Under the pieces are notes generated by a model. That model did no database searches. It saw only the letters and a list, made by a program, of their open reading frames with translations, and was not told the DNA's origin. 64,000 bases of DNA from Callorhinchus milii (lineage: Eukaryota), in contig NW_024704756.1 in NCBI RefSeq assembly GCF_018977255.1, positions 14,076,001-14,140,000 on the forward strand. Reading direction: 5' to 3'. A program made the position numbers and the translations under genes. Numbering within the stretch: the stretch's first letter is position 1; every line of letters begins with the position of its first letter. Positions 1 through 12,550 of the stretch are shown in pieces.

Positions 1-1583
1 TTATCTGCCAGACAAATACTGAGAAACTCCCTTTCCCCTTCAAATACCAAAGCAACTGTATATTCTGTGCATGGACCACAAGAATTTTATGGACCTTAGT
101 GACAGTGTTAATAAAACCATCTCTTAACTTTCAATCTGATCCATTGTGATATTGAAATGCGCAGAACTGTTGAGATTGTACCAACCAAATGTCATGTAGA
201 GAGAAAAATGGAGGCTTATTGGTAGATGTCTGATCAGAAATGCTGGAAATCGTATTGGGTGGTTTTTATTTATTCAATTTGTGTCTGTTTTTTTACTGGA
301 AGCAGCTGTCAGTGCCAGTATTGACCAGCAGTGTGTTCCGTATCGATTTGGAATGATGTTCATACTGAAAGATTAACAGAACGGTGCATTGACAACAAAC
401 TTGTTAGGATACAATTTAAAGTTACCGATGCCATATATATCACACAATAAGAAGTGGTACCCTCTTTGTAAGTTTGTAAGCACTACTTTTGGATGAGTTC
501 ATCCTAATTATATTTGTCACAATGCTTTGATGTGGATTTCTGGCCTTTCAGGGTTTCAATTGAATAATATTGATTCTCATTTCCCCGACTGTGGTGATTC
601 CTGCAGAAAAAAATCTATAAAAGAATGTTTTCATAGATTTTGGTTAGTGGAGGGGAAAGAATGGAACTGGCGCTGTATCAAGAACAATAGTGGTTCATTT
701 AAAGGAAAGACACTTCTCAATGAGGAGGTATTAACAATGGTGAAAGATAATCTATCAAACACCTCCGCTTGTATTTTTCTTAAATGTATTAAAATATTTG
801 CATGTGCAGATTACACCAAGGAACCTCATGTCCCTCCTTTTCCAAACTAAGATAGGAATGGATTCACTAGAAAATTGCAGCCATAGAGCTGATGAACTTG
901 AAGAAGCGAACATACTAACACCACTGATTCGGAATAATTGCAAATTCCGATGTCCTACGTGACCTTACTGTATCCACCGCAGTCTGTGCTACCTGAAGTA
1001 CAGCTTTGCTTTTAAAGTGGAAAGAAGCTTCAAGGTTAAACACTATGTTTTAGATTCATGATTACTTTAAAATATCTAACATATATAAATACTACACGCT
1101 GTTCAGTTCCATACTGGATAAGGCAAAGCTGAAATCTCATTAAAGCTGCACGACTTATATTTGAAATAAATTGTTTCTGCCTGTGACTGAGCTGTGAAGT
1201 TTCTTCTGTGCACTTGCTTGAGGGAAAAGTTGACTCTGTTACAACTGTTTTGATATTTGTCTATATAAATAACGTGGGAAGAAGATTGTTCTTTTCTCTC
1301 AAGATGTAAATTGTGTTCCATACCTTTGATACAGCCATTAAATATTTAAGGGTATTACTGTGTATGCTATCTCTTGTAATGTCTTCGATAGACAAAAATC
1401 ACAAAGGAAAATATATACAGTTGTCGAAAGATCTTCCAGAAAGTCAGAGGCTCTGAGTAGCAAATGCAAATGCATTTTGTGACAAGTAAATAATGATTTA
1501 TCATTGAGTTTCACATTCCTCCAATACAATCCATCTGAAACATGGATAGCACATTGTACGCCTGCAACACATCAATAGTGTCA

Positions 1584-1638
1584 CTAATGTTGAATTCAGC
1601 CCCGAGGATTGTGAACTCTGGGTTGAGTTCAATATTAG
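1584..1638 (+). ncRNA. Candidate pre-miRNA-sized hairpin (unassigned)
   Basis: 23-bp stem CTAATGTTGAATTCAGCCCCGAG / CTCTGGGTTGAGTTCAATATTAG with 3 G:U pairs, 1 mismatch and a 9-nt loop. Confidence 0.25.
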
Positions 1639-2994
1639 CCTGTGATCTGGGAAGATTTTAGAGGCTTTTTTGAGGAGCAGAGTGGGCCGGGGAAGGAAAA
1701 GATCTGAAGCTCACCCCTCGCCAAAGAAAATCATTTGTAGTGAGGTGCGAGCGAAACAAGAGCCCGGGTTAATGATTAGACAGATCTGGTGATGGAAAAC
1801 ACCTCTCAGCTGAATATAAATTATTGGTGCATTGCAAAAATCCTGAAGAGATGAGAGGCCATCACCCAAACAGGCATACTGTGGACTACAAATGATGTGC
1901 TCTTTATCGCAGCTCTTGAACTATGCTGCAGCCTTAAAGAATAAATGTGACAGAAATAAAGTGATATCGATTTTTATTTCTTGGAAATAAAAATTATGAA
2001 ATTATGAATTATGAATTCTAAATTATGAAGGACCACATAATTCATGTGACTTGCCGGGATGAATAATGTTTCTCGTGTAACCAGAGTAATAACATCTCAT
2101 TCGTCAGTTATATAAAGTTAAAATCAATTGCTTTATTAATTTTTATCTGGTTTCGGGAAGCAACAAACAAGTATGTTAATTTTATAATATTACATTATCG
2201 GTGAAACTATCGGTATTAAGTGCCATATGCATAATTCCAATAATAATAACAATAATCTTTGCACCGTATCAAGTCGTTGAGATGTCTCAAAGTGCTTCAC
2301 TGAAACTAGTGATTTTAACAACAACAACAATTTCTTCCATTTTAAACGCACACTGTCTTAGGTCAGTAACTTTAACAACCTGTGAAATTTCACACCCAAT
2401 TCTCCTCCCAATTGAACAGACAGGAAAGTAGTTTTATTTAGAGAAAGAAAACAAATGCAAAATACATTGACCTTAAAGCGATTATGTCATCCAGTGGGAG
2501 GAAGAAGGAGGCAGCATGATTATGGTGATAAATTAGTATTGCTTGGATTGTTACCATAGCAATGTTATTTTCTGCAGCACCACTGTGAGCTTCAAACTTT
2601 CAAGTATTCAATAAAGTTAAATACAGTGCAAGAAAATAGGTGCTTTTTAAATATGGGCTCTCTACATGAGCAGTACTCCTGTATATAAATATTTCACTTT
2701 CAGAGCTTTCTGTAATAAGCAGGTCTGTCTCAGGATCGTTAGAAGTTAAACTAGGTGGGGGAGAAGCAATGTCTTCGTTCAGAAGATTGTTAGGGTTTGG
2801 AATTCACTCAGGCTGGATCAATGGAACGATTCAAAAGCGAATTGGATAAGCACTAAGGCAGTAAAGTCACAAGGGGATATGGATGAATAAACAAGGTATT
2901 TAAGTCATACAAGAAGACCCACGTATTCAAGCTCGAGTGCTCTGGGATGATACCTTCTGTGAGGAGCGCTGTATAAATGCAGCTGGTGTTGACA

Positions 2995-3540
2995 ATGTTA
3001 ACTCCCTGCTCACTGGACCCCAATTCTTCACTCCACAAGCTGCAGATCACTCAGAACTCTCATGTCCTGTCCCGCACCAAGCTTCAAGAGCCTATCACTC
3101 CTATCCTTGCCCAGTTTCACTGGCTCCCCATCCCCCAGAGAATCGAGTTGAAGATCCTCATCCTCACTTTTAAAGTCCTTCATAGTGTTGCCCTTTCCTA
3201 CCTCTGCGACCTGCTAAATCTCACCAACCTGCCTGCCTGCTCCACATCCCCTGCCTTGAGCATCCCACCATTGGCGGTCAGGCCATCAGCCTTTCAGCCC
3301 CCCCCAACCCCCCCAGACAACCATCTCTTTTCACCTCGCCCCTCCTTTCACTCCTTTAAGTCCCCTCTTAGGACCTTCCTCTTTGACCGTGCCTTTGGTC
3401 ATCCTCCCACCCCCAACCCCCATTGCACTCCACTTCTCTTGATTCCAACCCCCAGCTTAGGTGCAAACCCTTCACTGTCCAGGGCCTTGGGACATCCTCC
3501 AGACCTGAAAGGCACCATGTAAATGCAATTTGTTGTTATT
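2995..3540 (+). mobile_element. L2-clade LINE 3' fragment
   Basis: Encodes PITPILAQFHWLPIPQRIELKILILTFK (L2 ORF2 C-terminus), then pyrimidine-rich 3'UTR and tail GGGACATCCTCC..TGAAAGGCAC..TAAATGCAATTTGTTGTT. Confidence 0.85.
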
Positions 3541-5689
3541 GTACACACTGTTTGCACAAGATTGAAGTACTTGTGATGACTTTGCCTTATGGGTTATTTG
3601 GTCACAAAGCATGCTGATTTTTAAAACTGTTGAAAAGAAGTCATCACAGGACCAGCAGAAACGGATGAGACTTTAGATTTTTTAATAATTTAAAATATGG
3701 TCACTATTGTGCATTAATCAAACAGTGATTATACAACTGCAAGTAAATGGAAACAAATAAGAGAATGAACAAAGGGCCCAATCAAGTCTTGCACCAAGTG
3801 AACAAGCACAGCTGCTGGCATATATATGTTTATTCCTCTCCTAATAAATAATGTAGAAGCTCTCTATTGCATTAACATCCAGGATCAATTCTAGTAAATG
3901 CAACCAATGTACTTATACCATGGAGCTAGATGACAAATGCAGTGGTTTTGAATGTGAGGCTGTCATAGATTGTCACCAGAATAGCAAGTCAGCATTCAGG
4001 CTATCAGCCATCCTTGACACTGAGATATTACATTGGAGAAAGAGACAATGTACTGAATATTAAAGTCCCACCAAACAGGAGAATTAAGGAAGATAAGCCT
4101 TCAAGGTCTAAAGCACTTTGGTGCCAATGTCTAGTATCTCCTCATCCTGATGACTTTAATGAATCTTGGGCTTGCATGTTCGAAAATAACATTAAAATGT
4201 GATTGATAGACTATGAGGTGTATAAAAAAATGCTACAGAATGATTCTGCGTTGGTGGTAGCTGTGGACTGTGGGACCTCTTAGGCTTGCTCCCAGTCTAC
4301 ATTTTTAAAATTCTAAGCTACATTTGCCTAAGGATTTGTATGCATTCTGCGATATTTTTGTCATATTCGACTGACTTTCTTGAATCATTGCTGAACTCAT
4401 TTGTGAGCATTAGCATATTCAGCAAGCTGCTGGAATCATTAGAAATAATGTTTTTTTTCAGAAGAAACACAGTAATTGGTTTGCAATGCAATGCTTGACA
4501 ATGCTTCCCTGACAAAAGTACAATTTGACAATTATTTTAACATTGTTAAATAATAAAAAGCTTTTTGTGCAAAGTGTGTAAGATACATGCACAGAAGTAA
4601 GTCTTTGTGAACCTATCAAGTAGCTGATTGTTATGTTACAGGCCATGGATGTGAGTGAATTGCACAAAACACAAAGAAGAAGGCTCTTTGGGAGCCAAAC
4701 CAACCGTTTATATTTCTTGATGTAAAACAATGCTTCTACTCAATCCACAATGCTACTTCTCTATCCTTCTACTCCCTGCAGGATCAGAAATCAAATCATT
4801 TTCTTCTGCTTATTCAGCTTTCAGTGACAAAGACAAATCTCATTTGTTTAGGCAGGTGTATAAAATACACAGTCAGTTTACGACAAACCTTGTGAAGCAC
4901 CTTGAGACGTCCTACTGACATGAAAGGTACTGTATCAAATGCAAGGAATCTTGTTATTTTATTTAATCAATGAATTTATTCATTTGACTAATTAAAGGGA
5001 ATACACAAGGTTCTATGGAGGAACACTATAAAGAGAAATATTGTGAAAATTAATTGTTAGGACCTGATCACTGGGATATGATTAGGAGCAATACCTACTA
5101 TTTATATTATCCCAAGAATCATTCTCTCTTTTAATACGTACTAATCACAAGGGGACCAGAATCACTCCCATTGTTAAGTGATGATTATTGCAGACAATTA
5201 ATTGTTTAATTACTTCTTAATCCTACGAGCTTTCACTTTAGCCACACATTTATTTTGAAGGATTTGATCAACTACTTTTTGAAAATCAGAATGAGGCATA
5301 TCAACCATTGTACTCGTCATTTTATTGGGCATGACCAAATTGGGCATGATTCATAAACCCATAAGAGTTTGAATGCATTGCTTTTACTCTTATTATACCA
5401 AATTAATCGCTGCATGATCACAGATGGCATGATTGTTCCAATTTATTTTAATAGGTACCGAGCCGCAGTCTTAGAAATCCCAGCATAATGCTTTTTATTA
5501 TTCCAATTTTAAAACATTTCCATGATGAAATTGGAATGATGCTAAGTATCCATCAGTCCTTTGGTTCCAACCTGATGCCCAGTGAATACCAGATGCTGCT
5601 CTTTCCTTGCTGCTCTCAAAATATGCAGGTTTGTATTTGAAAACCTGGAAAATTGGGGTAAGAAATGCATCAATGGTATCTTCTTCCCT

Positions 5690-5985
5690 TGCCCTAGGAG
5701 ACTTTTTCATGTGGGAGCTTGACCAGTGAGTGCTGGCTTGCTGTTCAACCATGGAGGCATCACAACCAAAACCAATTCTGTTATCACTTGCTGTCCACAT
5801 ACAGAGACTTGTCATCATGGATCAGTGTTAGCAATCAGGAGAAGGAACCCTTCCTGATTTTTCCTCCCCTCAAACTAAGGAGGACTGTGGCCATTTATAG
5901 CTCCCTGATAGAGATTAGCTAATTCAGCATAGATTCAATCCTCCACCTTTCTTGTCTGTATGATATCTTTGCTAACTGGGCTATT
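5690..5985 (-). mobile_element. AmnSINE2-like ancient SINE, near full length
   Basis: Reverse strand CATACAGACAAGAAAGG..TGCTGAATTAGCTAATCTC..GGGGAGGAAAAATCAG..GGGTTCCTTCTCCTGATTGCTA..GTGATGCCTCCATGGTTGAA..CACTCACTG..CACATGAA is colinear with the recalled AmnSINE2 consensus. Confidence 0.6.
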
Positions 5986-7934
5986 GGGAATCCAGTTTGT
6001 GTGAAATGAATTCACTTCTCAGACAACTGTCATCATCAGCATAAGGAACGATCCTTCTTATAAAGATGTGATTAACTACATTTGACAGAGTAATGATTGT
6101 TATGACCATGCAATTGGTTAGATAGACTGTAAAATGCATAATAGAAATTCAGTGATTTAAATGTTTGACTTTGAGGAGGTGGGGGAAGTACGATATTAAT
6201 AAATGAATTTCAGTTCACTGAACCTAAGAGCTATAAACTTGAATCTATTTTACTACTTGCCCATTACCTATGGTGTTCTTCAATATGTCTATTCAATTCC
6301 CATAAAAAAGTAAAATTTATCTTCACCAACAGGATTGTAAAATCAGCATCTGCTTGAAGCAAACAATATAAACACATTTCCTTTTAGTTCACACACACAC
6401 ACACACACAAAACATTCTGGTATGTAATAAAGTTACCAAGAATCAATAGTAAAAAATATAAATTTAAGCAACTTTCATCCATTATGCATGTAGTATTCTT
6501 GTACGTTCAAACCAAATGTTACGAGATCTGGACCTTCTTCATAATAGGTTTTCTCTCTGTAAATTATGAAGAATAGCTTGGACTGCAACAGTGACTGCAG
6601 TAAGTATGATGAATGTTATTCATTCAATATTGATGTAAAATTGAAGACTGTGTACTTGTACATAGATGCAGCAGCTCTTTTTTTGCACAGCTTTTTAAAG
6701 GGAAAATAGATTGCTTGAAATGTTGTTAATTACCCTCCCTTAAAATATTACCAGTTTACTTGAAAGGAAGAAACCCAGTGCCCGTTTTCTAATTCCCTTG
6801 CCTGTGCTTCTTTTTCTCAGAATCTTGCTATGAATTATCCTTGTTTTGTTTACGTGGATGAGACCAATCGTATTCTAATTCAAATCAAATGTGCTGAACC
6901 TTCGTACTTAAATTTGCAGCCACAAATCTGATATTGCTTCCAATGCATTTTGTGCTACAAACAAGTTACAGTCTTAACATTTAAGGTTATATTTTTGCCT
7001 GGCAATGAGGGAACAAATGTTGATTGCTCAGTCCAATATGCCAGTCTGTAATATTGCTTGAACATTTATGCACAGTCTTCTCATGCCCATTTGCTACCAC
7101 AAGCCTCTTCTTCTGATTTAAATTAAATGTACCTTGGTTACAGTTGGACGAAAGATGCCAATTTCACTTTTAGAAGAAGGAGACCTTTTCTCCCCAGGAA
7201 TTCAAACTCTGCGTAAAAAAAAATATATATATATTTTGTTTGCATACAAGGCTCATTAATGGCTGGGAGTCCAGGCTCATTAATGGCTGGGGCAGAATCG
7301 TTTGGCGAGGGCAGAGTTCAGAATGAGCCTCATTTCACTGGCATCAACATGGAGGAAAAAAAATAGGGGAGATTCATCTTTCTGACAACTATTCCCTTGC
7401 TGACTGCCCCGCTTGCTCTGTTATTTCCAGCGTAGCTTCCTCCTGGCAGTCAGAATTAGAGAAAACTCAGATACCGAATGGGAAATTTTGGTTACCATGA
7501 CAGTATGACAATGTGTACAGAAAATTATGCTCTAGGTTGCTTTATGTTCTGAGAGAGGCAAATTGATTCAATATGACGCAAGCACGGGGGTAACAGCATG
7601 TGTCTGTTTCCTGGGTTGTCTTATGAAGTGAAGTTCGAGAACCTGACGTTAAATAAAACAACTTCAATCTGACGATGAGAGAGAAATACAGTCATCAGAA
7701 GCCATCATTACCTGATAGCGAGCTTAGTAATTCTGGCCGTATTCTCGCAAATGATGAATCACAATTGCTGAGTGTAATGCACCAGCATTCATAGTTCTTT
7801 GGGGGTTTTTTTCCTAAGCAATCAGTGTTAGATGTTGAAAGTTCAAGGTTCAATCCCTGGTCTGTGTTAGGTACTGATTTCAACTGGGGATGTGGTAGGG
7901 ACAGTGTGGTTAGGGCAATATAATTGGACTCAGT

Positions 7935-8297
7935 AATAATAATAATAATAATAATAATCCTTGCATTTGATTTAGTGCTTTTCACGTCTTCTAGACGTCT
8001 CAAAGTGCTTCACAGAATATACTGTAAAGTGAATTGACCGTATATTTGTAGGTGAAACGCGGCAGCCAATTGCGCACAGCAGCGTCCCACAAACAGTCGT
8101 AGATTGAAAATGACCAATTTATTATTGTTTTGTTTTGAAGGGATTATTATTAGGCTCTGTGTGGGAGGGAATCGGAAGATTCTTTTGAAAGAACAGTTGT
8201 AGCACTCCCACCATCTGATATCAAATAACTTTACGTACACCGGCCTGGGATTGAACCTGGGAATTTCCTGTCCACTGTGGCTCACTACTGCAGTGCA
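7935..8297 (-). mobile_element. Near full-length SINE, same family
   Basis: (AAT)n tail on +, conserved body, degenerate head with B box. Confidence 0.85.
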
Positions 8298-11214
8298 CCA
8301 CAAACTCAAAAGTTCCTACCACTTCAGTGCTGTCCTTGAAAATCCCAGAATGTTTAATCTTGCACTCAGGTTTATTTTTTAAATGATTTTTGACCCAATG
8401 CCCAGGTGTGTAATACAATGTCCGTTACGATCGACAGCCTAGACTGTTGAGTTTCACTGAAACAAGCCGATCTCACAAAATCAAATCAAACAAATATTCC
8501 AACCCTGCACCATACAAACATGATTTTTGACAGAAGGAATTTTGGGGGGAATATTATTGATTAGGACGAGAGAAAAATAATTGTAGGGGGGGGGGAATCG
8601 AGTATTAATATAGATTTGCCTGCAGGACAAATACTCCGAGGTATCAAGAGTTGAAATTTTTGGGTCGCGTTAAATATGATGTGGATAACAGGTAGTGTTT
8701 CCTGACAAACTGGGAAAGTGTCTGTCAGGAATTCAGTGTATTAGCTGATTCGGGCACACAGATTGTAGTCGAGATCTTGCAGCAGTCATCAGCGAGCAGC
8801 AGGTTTCCCGGATCTCTGTTGGTTTATTTAATATTTACAGAGTCTCCATTTCGTCCCAAGGGCTGGCCTGTGGTGCCAAGCTGTCAGCCAGTGACCACCC
8901 ATTTTCTGCAATACCTGCTGCTCAGCCTGGCTGTCAGCTGCCATTAATACATTGAACCAATATAAACCACCTGCTACACATTAACTGTGTCCTCATTGCT
9001 AACAGGAGGAATAATTACTCTGGTGAAAGTTATACCCTAAGCCTCCAAAAAAAATAATTAACTTGTTATCCAAGATCCATTTGCAACTGAAAACAAAATC
9101 CCATTCAGATCTTGGTATAGTGAACGCGGGGAGTTAGTCAATCACCCATTCGGCTTCCCTCGACCCAAGGGCACCTTTCATTTTTTTTTATATTACTGTT
9201 TCTGTCATTTATTTATCAAGGTTTCAGTCTTGTGGATTGGCACATATATCGGCACGTAGGGAAAAACAACCTGGAGCTGTCACTTTTTTTTTTAGCACTG
9301 ACATATGGTGGAGTTGGCGCCTTCGATTCTTCTCCAAACTTTCCACACCGGGGAATAAATGAGTCAGTTTCAGAATGTTTGATGGCAAAACAGATGCTGG
9401 GTCGGGTTCCAGCTTTGAATGTCCTCGCTGCTGATTCTAAAGTGTATCTTCAACCACCCCCAGCGTTGCTGCGAAATATATAACGATGTTCAAGAACATC
9501 TTTCAAAATCTCTCACCCAGCCTAAGATAGTGGAGATAGTGCTGGGAAGTATAGTATTGCCAACGACTAAGGCCTTATTAGAAAAGACTAAACAGTTTGA
9601 AACATTTTGGTTCAAACGTTGTCCAATACTGGTAATTCTATAAAGTTGGGAATCTTACATGATTCAATATTAAGGGGTGATTCTCCGGTCCAGTTAAATC
9701 AGCACGGACTGCAATTTTAACTGGATACCTTCCTTGTTTGTATGGTTCAGTTTCACACTGGGCATTGGCTTCCATCAGGGGAGAAAATTTGCAATCTTGA
9801 TTGAATTAACCATTAAATACAATCCTTACATTTGGTTTAGCGTCTTTCACATTGGGAGGACATCCCAAACAAAGCGTCTCATGGGATTTATTGTAAAGTG
9901 CAGTGACTTGTGTACTTTGTGGGCAAATTGGGCCAGTAAAGAGTTTTCCTGGTCACATTGCCCACAACTTCATTACATGATTAAAAAAAAACTCCAAAAA
10001 TTGCTGTGAAAAACATATCAGAAATCAAATCCAAATGTCTCAAATTTATGCGAAATTTTTCAAGGCGAGCAAATAATGTTATGTTTACATTGAATCTGTA
10101 AATCTGCTTGGGAGTTACATCCCCGTGACTTTGCTTGGGTTACAATTTCATTACGAAAGTCCTTACTTGGGAAATCATTTCACCCATGCCGTACATTGTG
10201 TCTGACATTTCACACACAATATTATATTCGCCAGAGTCTTAAAATTGGTTATTCTTCTGAGGTTATTATTCTCGGAACCCAGAGGCAAATTATATTGATA
10301 GAATTGTTTCATCTGGTTAAACAGCAAAGGACTTGTAGAAGCCAAGAAAATGACAGAGCAGCAGTCACTAAACTACGCAAAACTTCTTCTCAAGGTTGGG
10401 TTGTTGTAAGAAACTATGCTTGGAATATGTTAATTTTATACAATTTGTGACCTTCAGTTGGCAATAGGAAAAAACACACACTGCAGTTCAATCATAAATT
10501 AAACATTCAGTTATAATCTCACCTCTTCTTGTTAAATGTACACACGTGAAACAGCAAAACTAATAGCAGGAAAAATGGTAAAGGGAAAAGGATAAGTGAT
10601 CCATCAAGATCCATTTCACAATGGACCATAAAAAATTTCCACTGTCGTAAGTGTTCCCATCTTTAATTTTTCATGCAAAGTGCTAGCTGTTAAGTACGGT
10701 CGAAGAGGAAGGTTTTCAGGCGGGACTTGTAAAAGGGGAGAGAGGGGACAAGGTGGAGGGATTGAGGGAGAGTGTTCCAGAGTTTCGGCAGTGACTGGCT
10801 GTATTTCCATGGCTGTAAAGCAATGTGTACATCGAATACATCATTTGCGTCTGTGTTCAACCTTCAATTCGGTCCCCTCTTTATTTTTAAAATGTTTAAT
10901 CAACACAATATTATTTACTTTTAATGAAGCTTCACAATGAAGAAAAAAACAGCCTCTCTCTGGTTTCGCTTGAGACATGAGAATTTTGTTCCCATGTTTT
11001 CTAGATTTCTGATCACATCTTAAAATTCAGCTCACACCCGCTTAATCCATATCTCTCAGCACTTGAAACATTTTGATTATAGTCTCCTCTCAATTTTTCG
11101 CTAAAGAAAGGAAAATCAATTTATTTATAACCAATTATTTAAGTCCAGGGATCATACAGCAATACCTGTTTCTTTTCTCTGATCCCTCTCGATTGTGTGA
11201 TCTCTTTTTGAAGT

Positions 11215-11660
11215 TTTCGAGTTAAAAATCCTTGTCCTCACCTTCAAAGCCATGGTCAAGTGTTCCGAGACGCCGTTCGGAGTGAATGGCGCTATATAGA
11301 TGCAAGTTGTTGTTGCTCCGCCCTACCTCTGTGAGCTCCTAGAGCCCTACCAATCTGTCCGCTCCCTATGCTCGGTGGGCACTGGCTTCCTCCACGTCCC
11401 TCGCCCTGCCCGCTCCACCATCAGAGATTGGACATCTACATTCAGTTATAATCTCCGCCTTGTCCCTCCCTTGCGTCCTTTAAAGCGCGTCTCAAGATCT
11501 TCCTCGTCAACCGTGCTTTCGGTCATCTTCCTACCACCGTTCCCCTTGCCCTCCACCCCTCCTGACTCCAGCTCGGGTGCAAACCCTTCACTGTCCAGCG
11601 CTTTGGGATGTCCTCCCAACGTGAAAAGTGCTAAATAAATGCAATTTGTTTGTTGTTGAA
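11215..11660 (+). mobile_element. L2 3' fragment with a nested short L2/SINE tail (11257-11315)
   Basis: Same family as 2995-3540, interrupted by ...GGCGCTATATAGATGCAAGTTGTTGTT. Confidence 0.8.
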
Positions 11661-12239
11661 GTCCAGCTATGAATCCCAAATGTGCTTTTACCAATAAGTT
11701 ACAATAGAGTTAAAATAACTGTCTATGATTCATAATCCATTCTATTAAGAGACTTTGAAGTATCTCATTAGTCTTGTTCACAATAGGCTTACAGTGGTTG
11801 GATACTTTCAGTGTATGGCCAATTATCTTATAGGTCAAAAAAACAGTCCCAAATAATTAAAATTCATTTTACAGTGATGGTATAATATCTTTTTTCTTTT
11901 AAGTGGCTTTCAAGTAAATTTGGCAACTTTCCAGTTCCAGGAACATCTTAATCTTAATCTTCATATTCATCAAATCAATTACAATTTGCCAAAGAAGAAA
12001 AATGAATCAAACAACAATTTTTTATGTAGTGTTATTCGCCTGAATTAGCTGGTGCGGAGGCAAACTAATATTAATGCCTGTTGCAAAAGATTATCTCCGA
12101 AATTTTCAAGTGCTACTACATACATAAAGGCATGATTTAAAACGCTTCTTCCCTTATTTAAAGTGTCTCTTTCTCCAAATGCTTTCACAATTGAATCATG
12201 CTCTCTTGGTTGCAGCACCTGTTAAAATGTTGCATTTGG

Positions 12240-12550
12240 GGCATATTTTAAAAGGGTGAGGACCTTACAAAGATGCTAAATGGGATAGAGAGAGTGAATC
12301 AAATATAGTACTTTCAGATAAGGCAATGCAGAAGGACTAGAGATTACAGGCAAATGTTCAAGTTTGTGTTTAGGACAGACTCTGTGATCAGTAGGTGAAC
12401 TGAGTTACCAGAGAGGTTGGTGTTGGACAGGCAGCTGGATTCATTTAGGAAACAGATTGATGTTGTAATGGAAAGTTGGAATGGTTAGTACTCAGGGAAG
12501 ATAAGATCAAATGGGCCAAAGGGCTTTCTTCAGCAGAACTCTGGTGATGA
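12240..12550 (+). mobile_element. Old CR1 3' fragment
   Basis: Degenerate CR1 ORF2 end and 3'UTR (...GATCAAATGGGCCAAAGGGCTTTCTT). Confidence 0.6.

Noticed and set aside
527..850. 107-aa ORF
   Set aside because: TTG start, no recognisable homology and no splice-supported partners.
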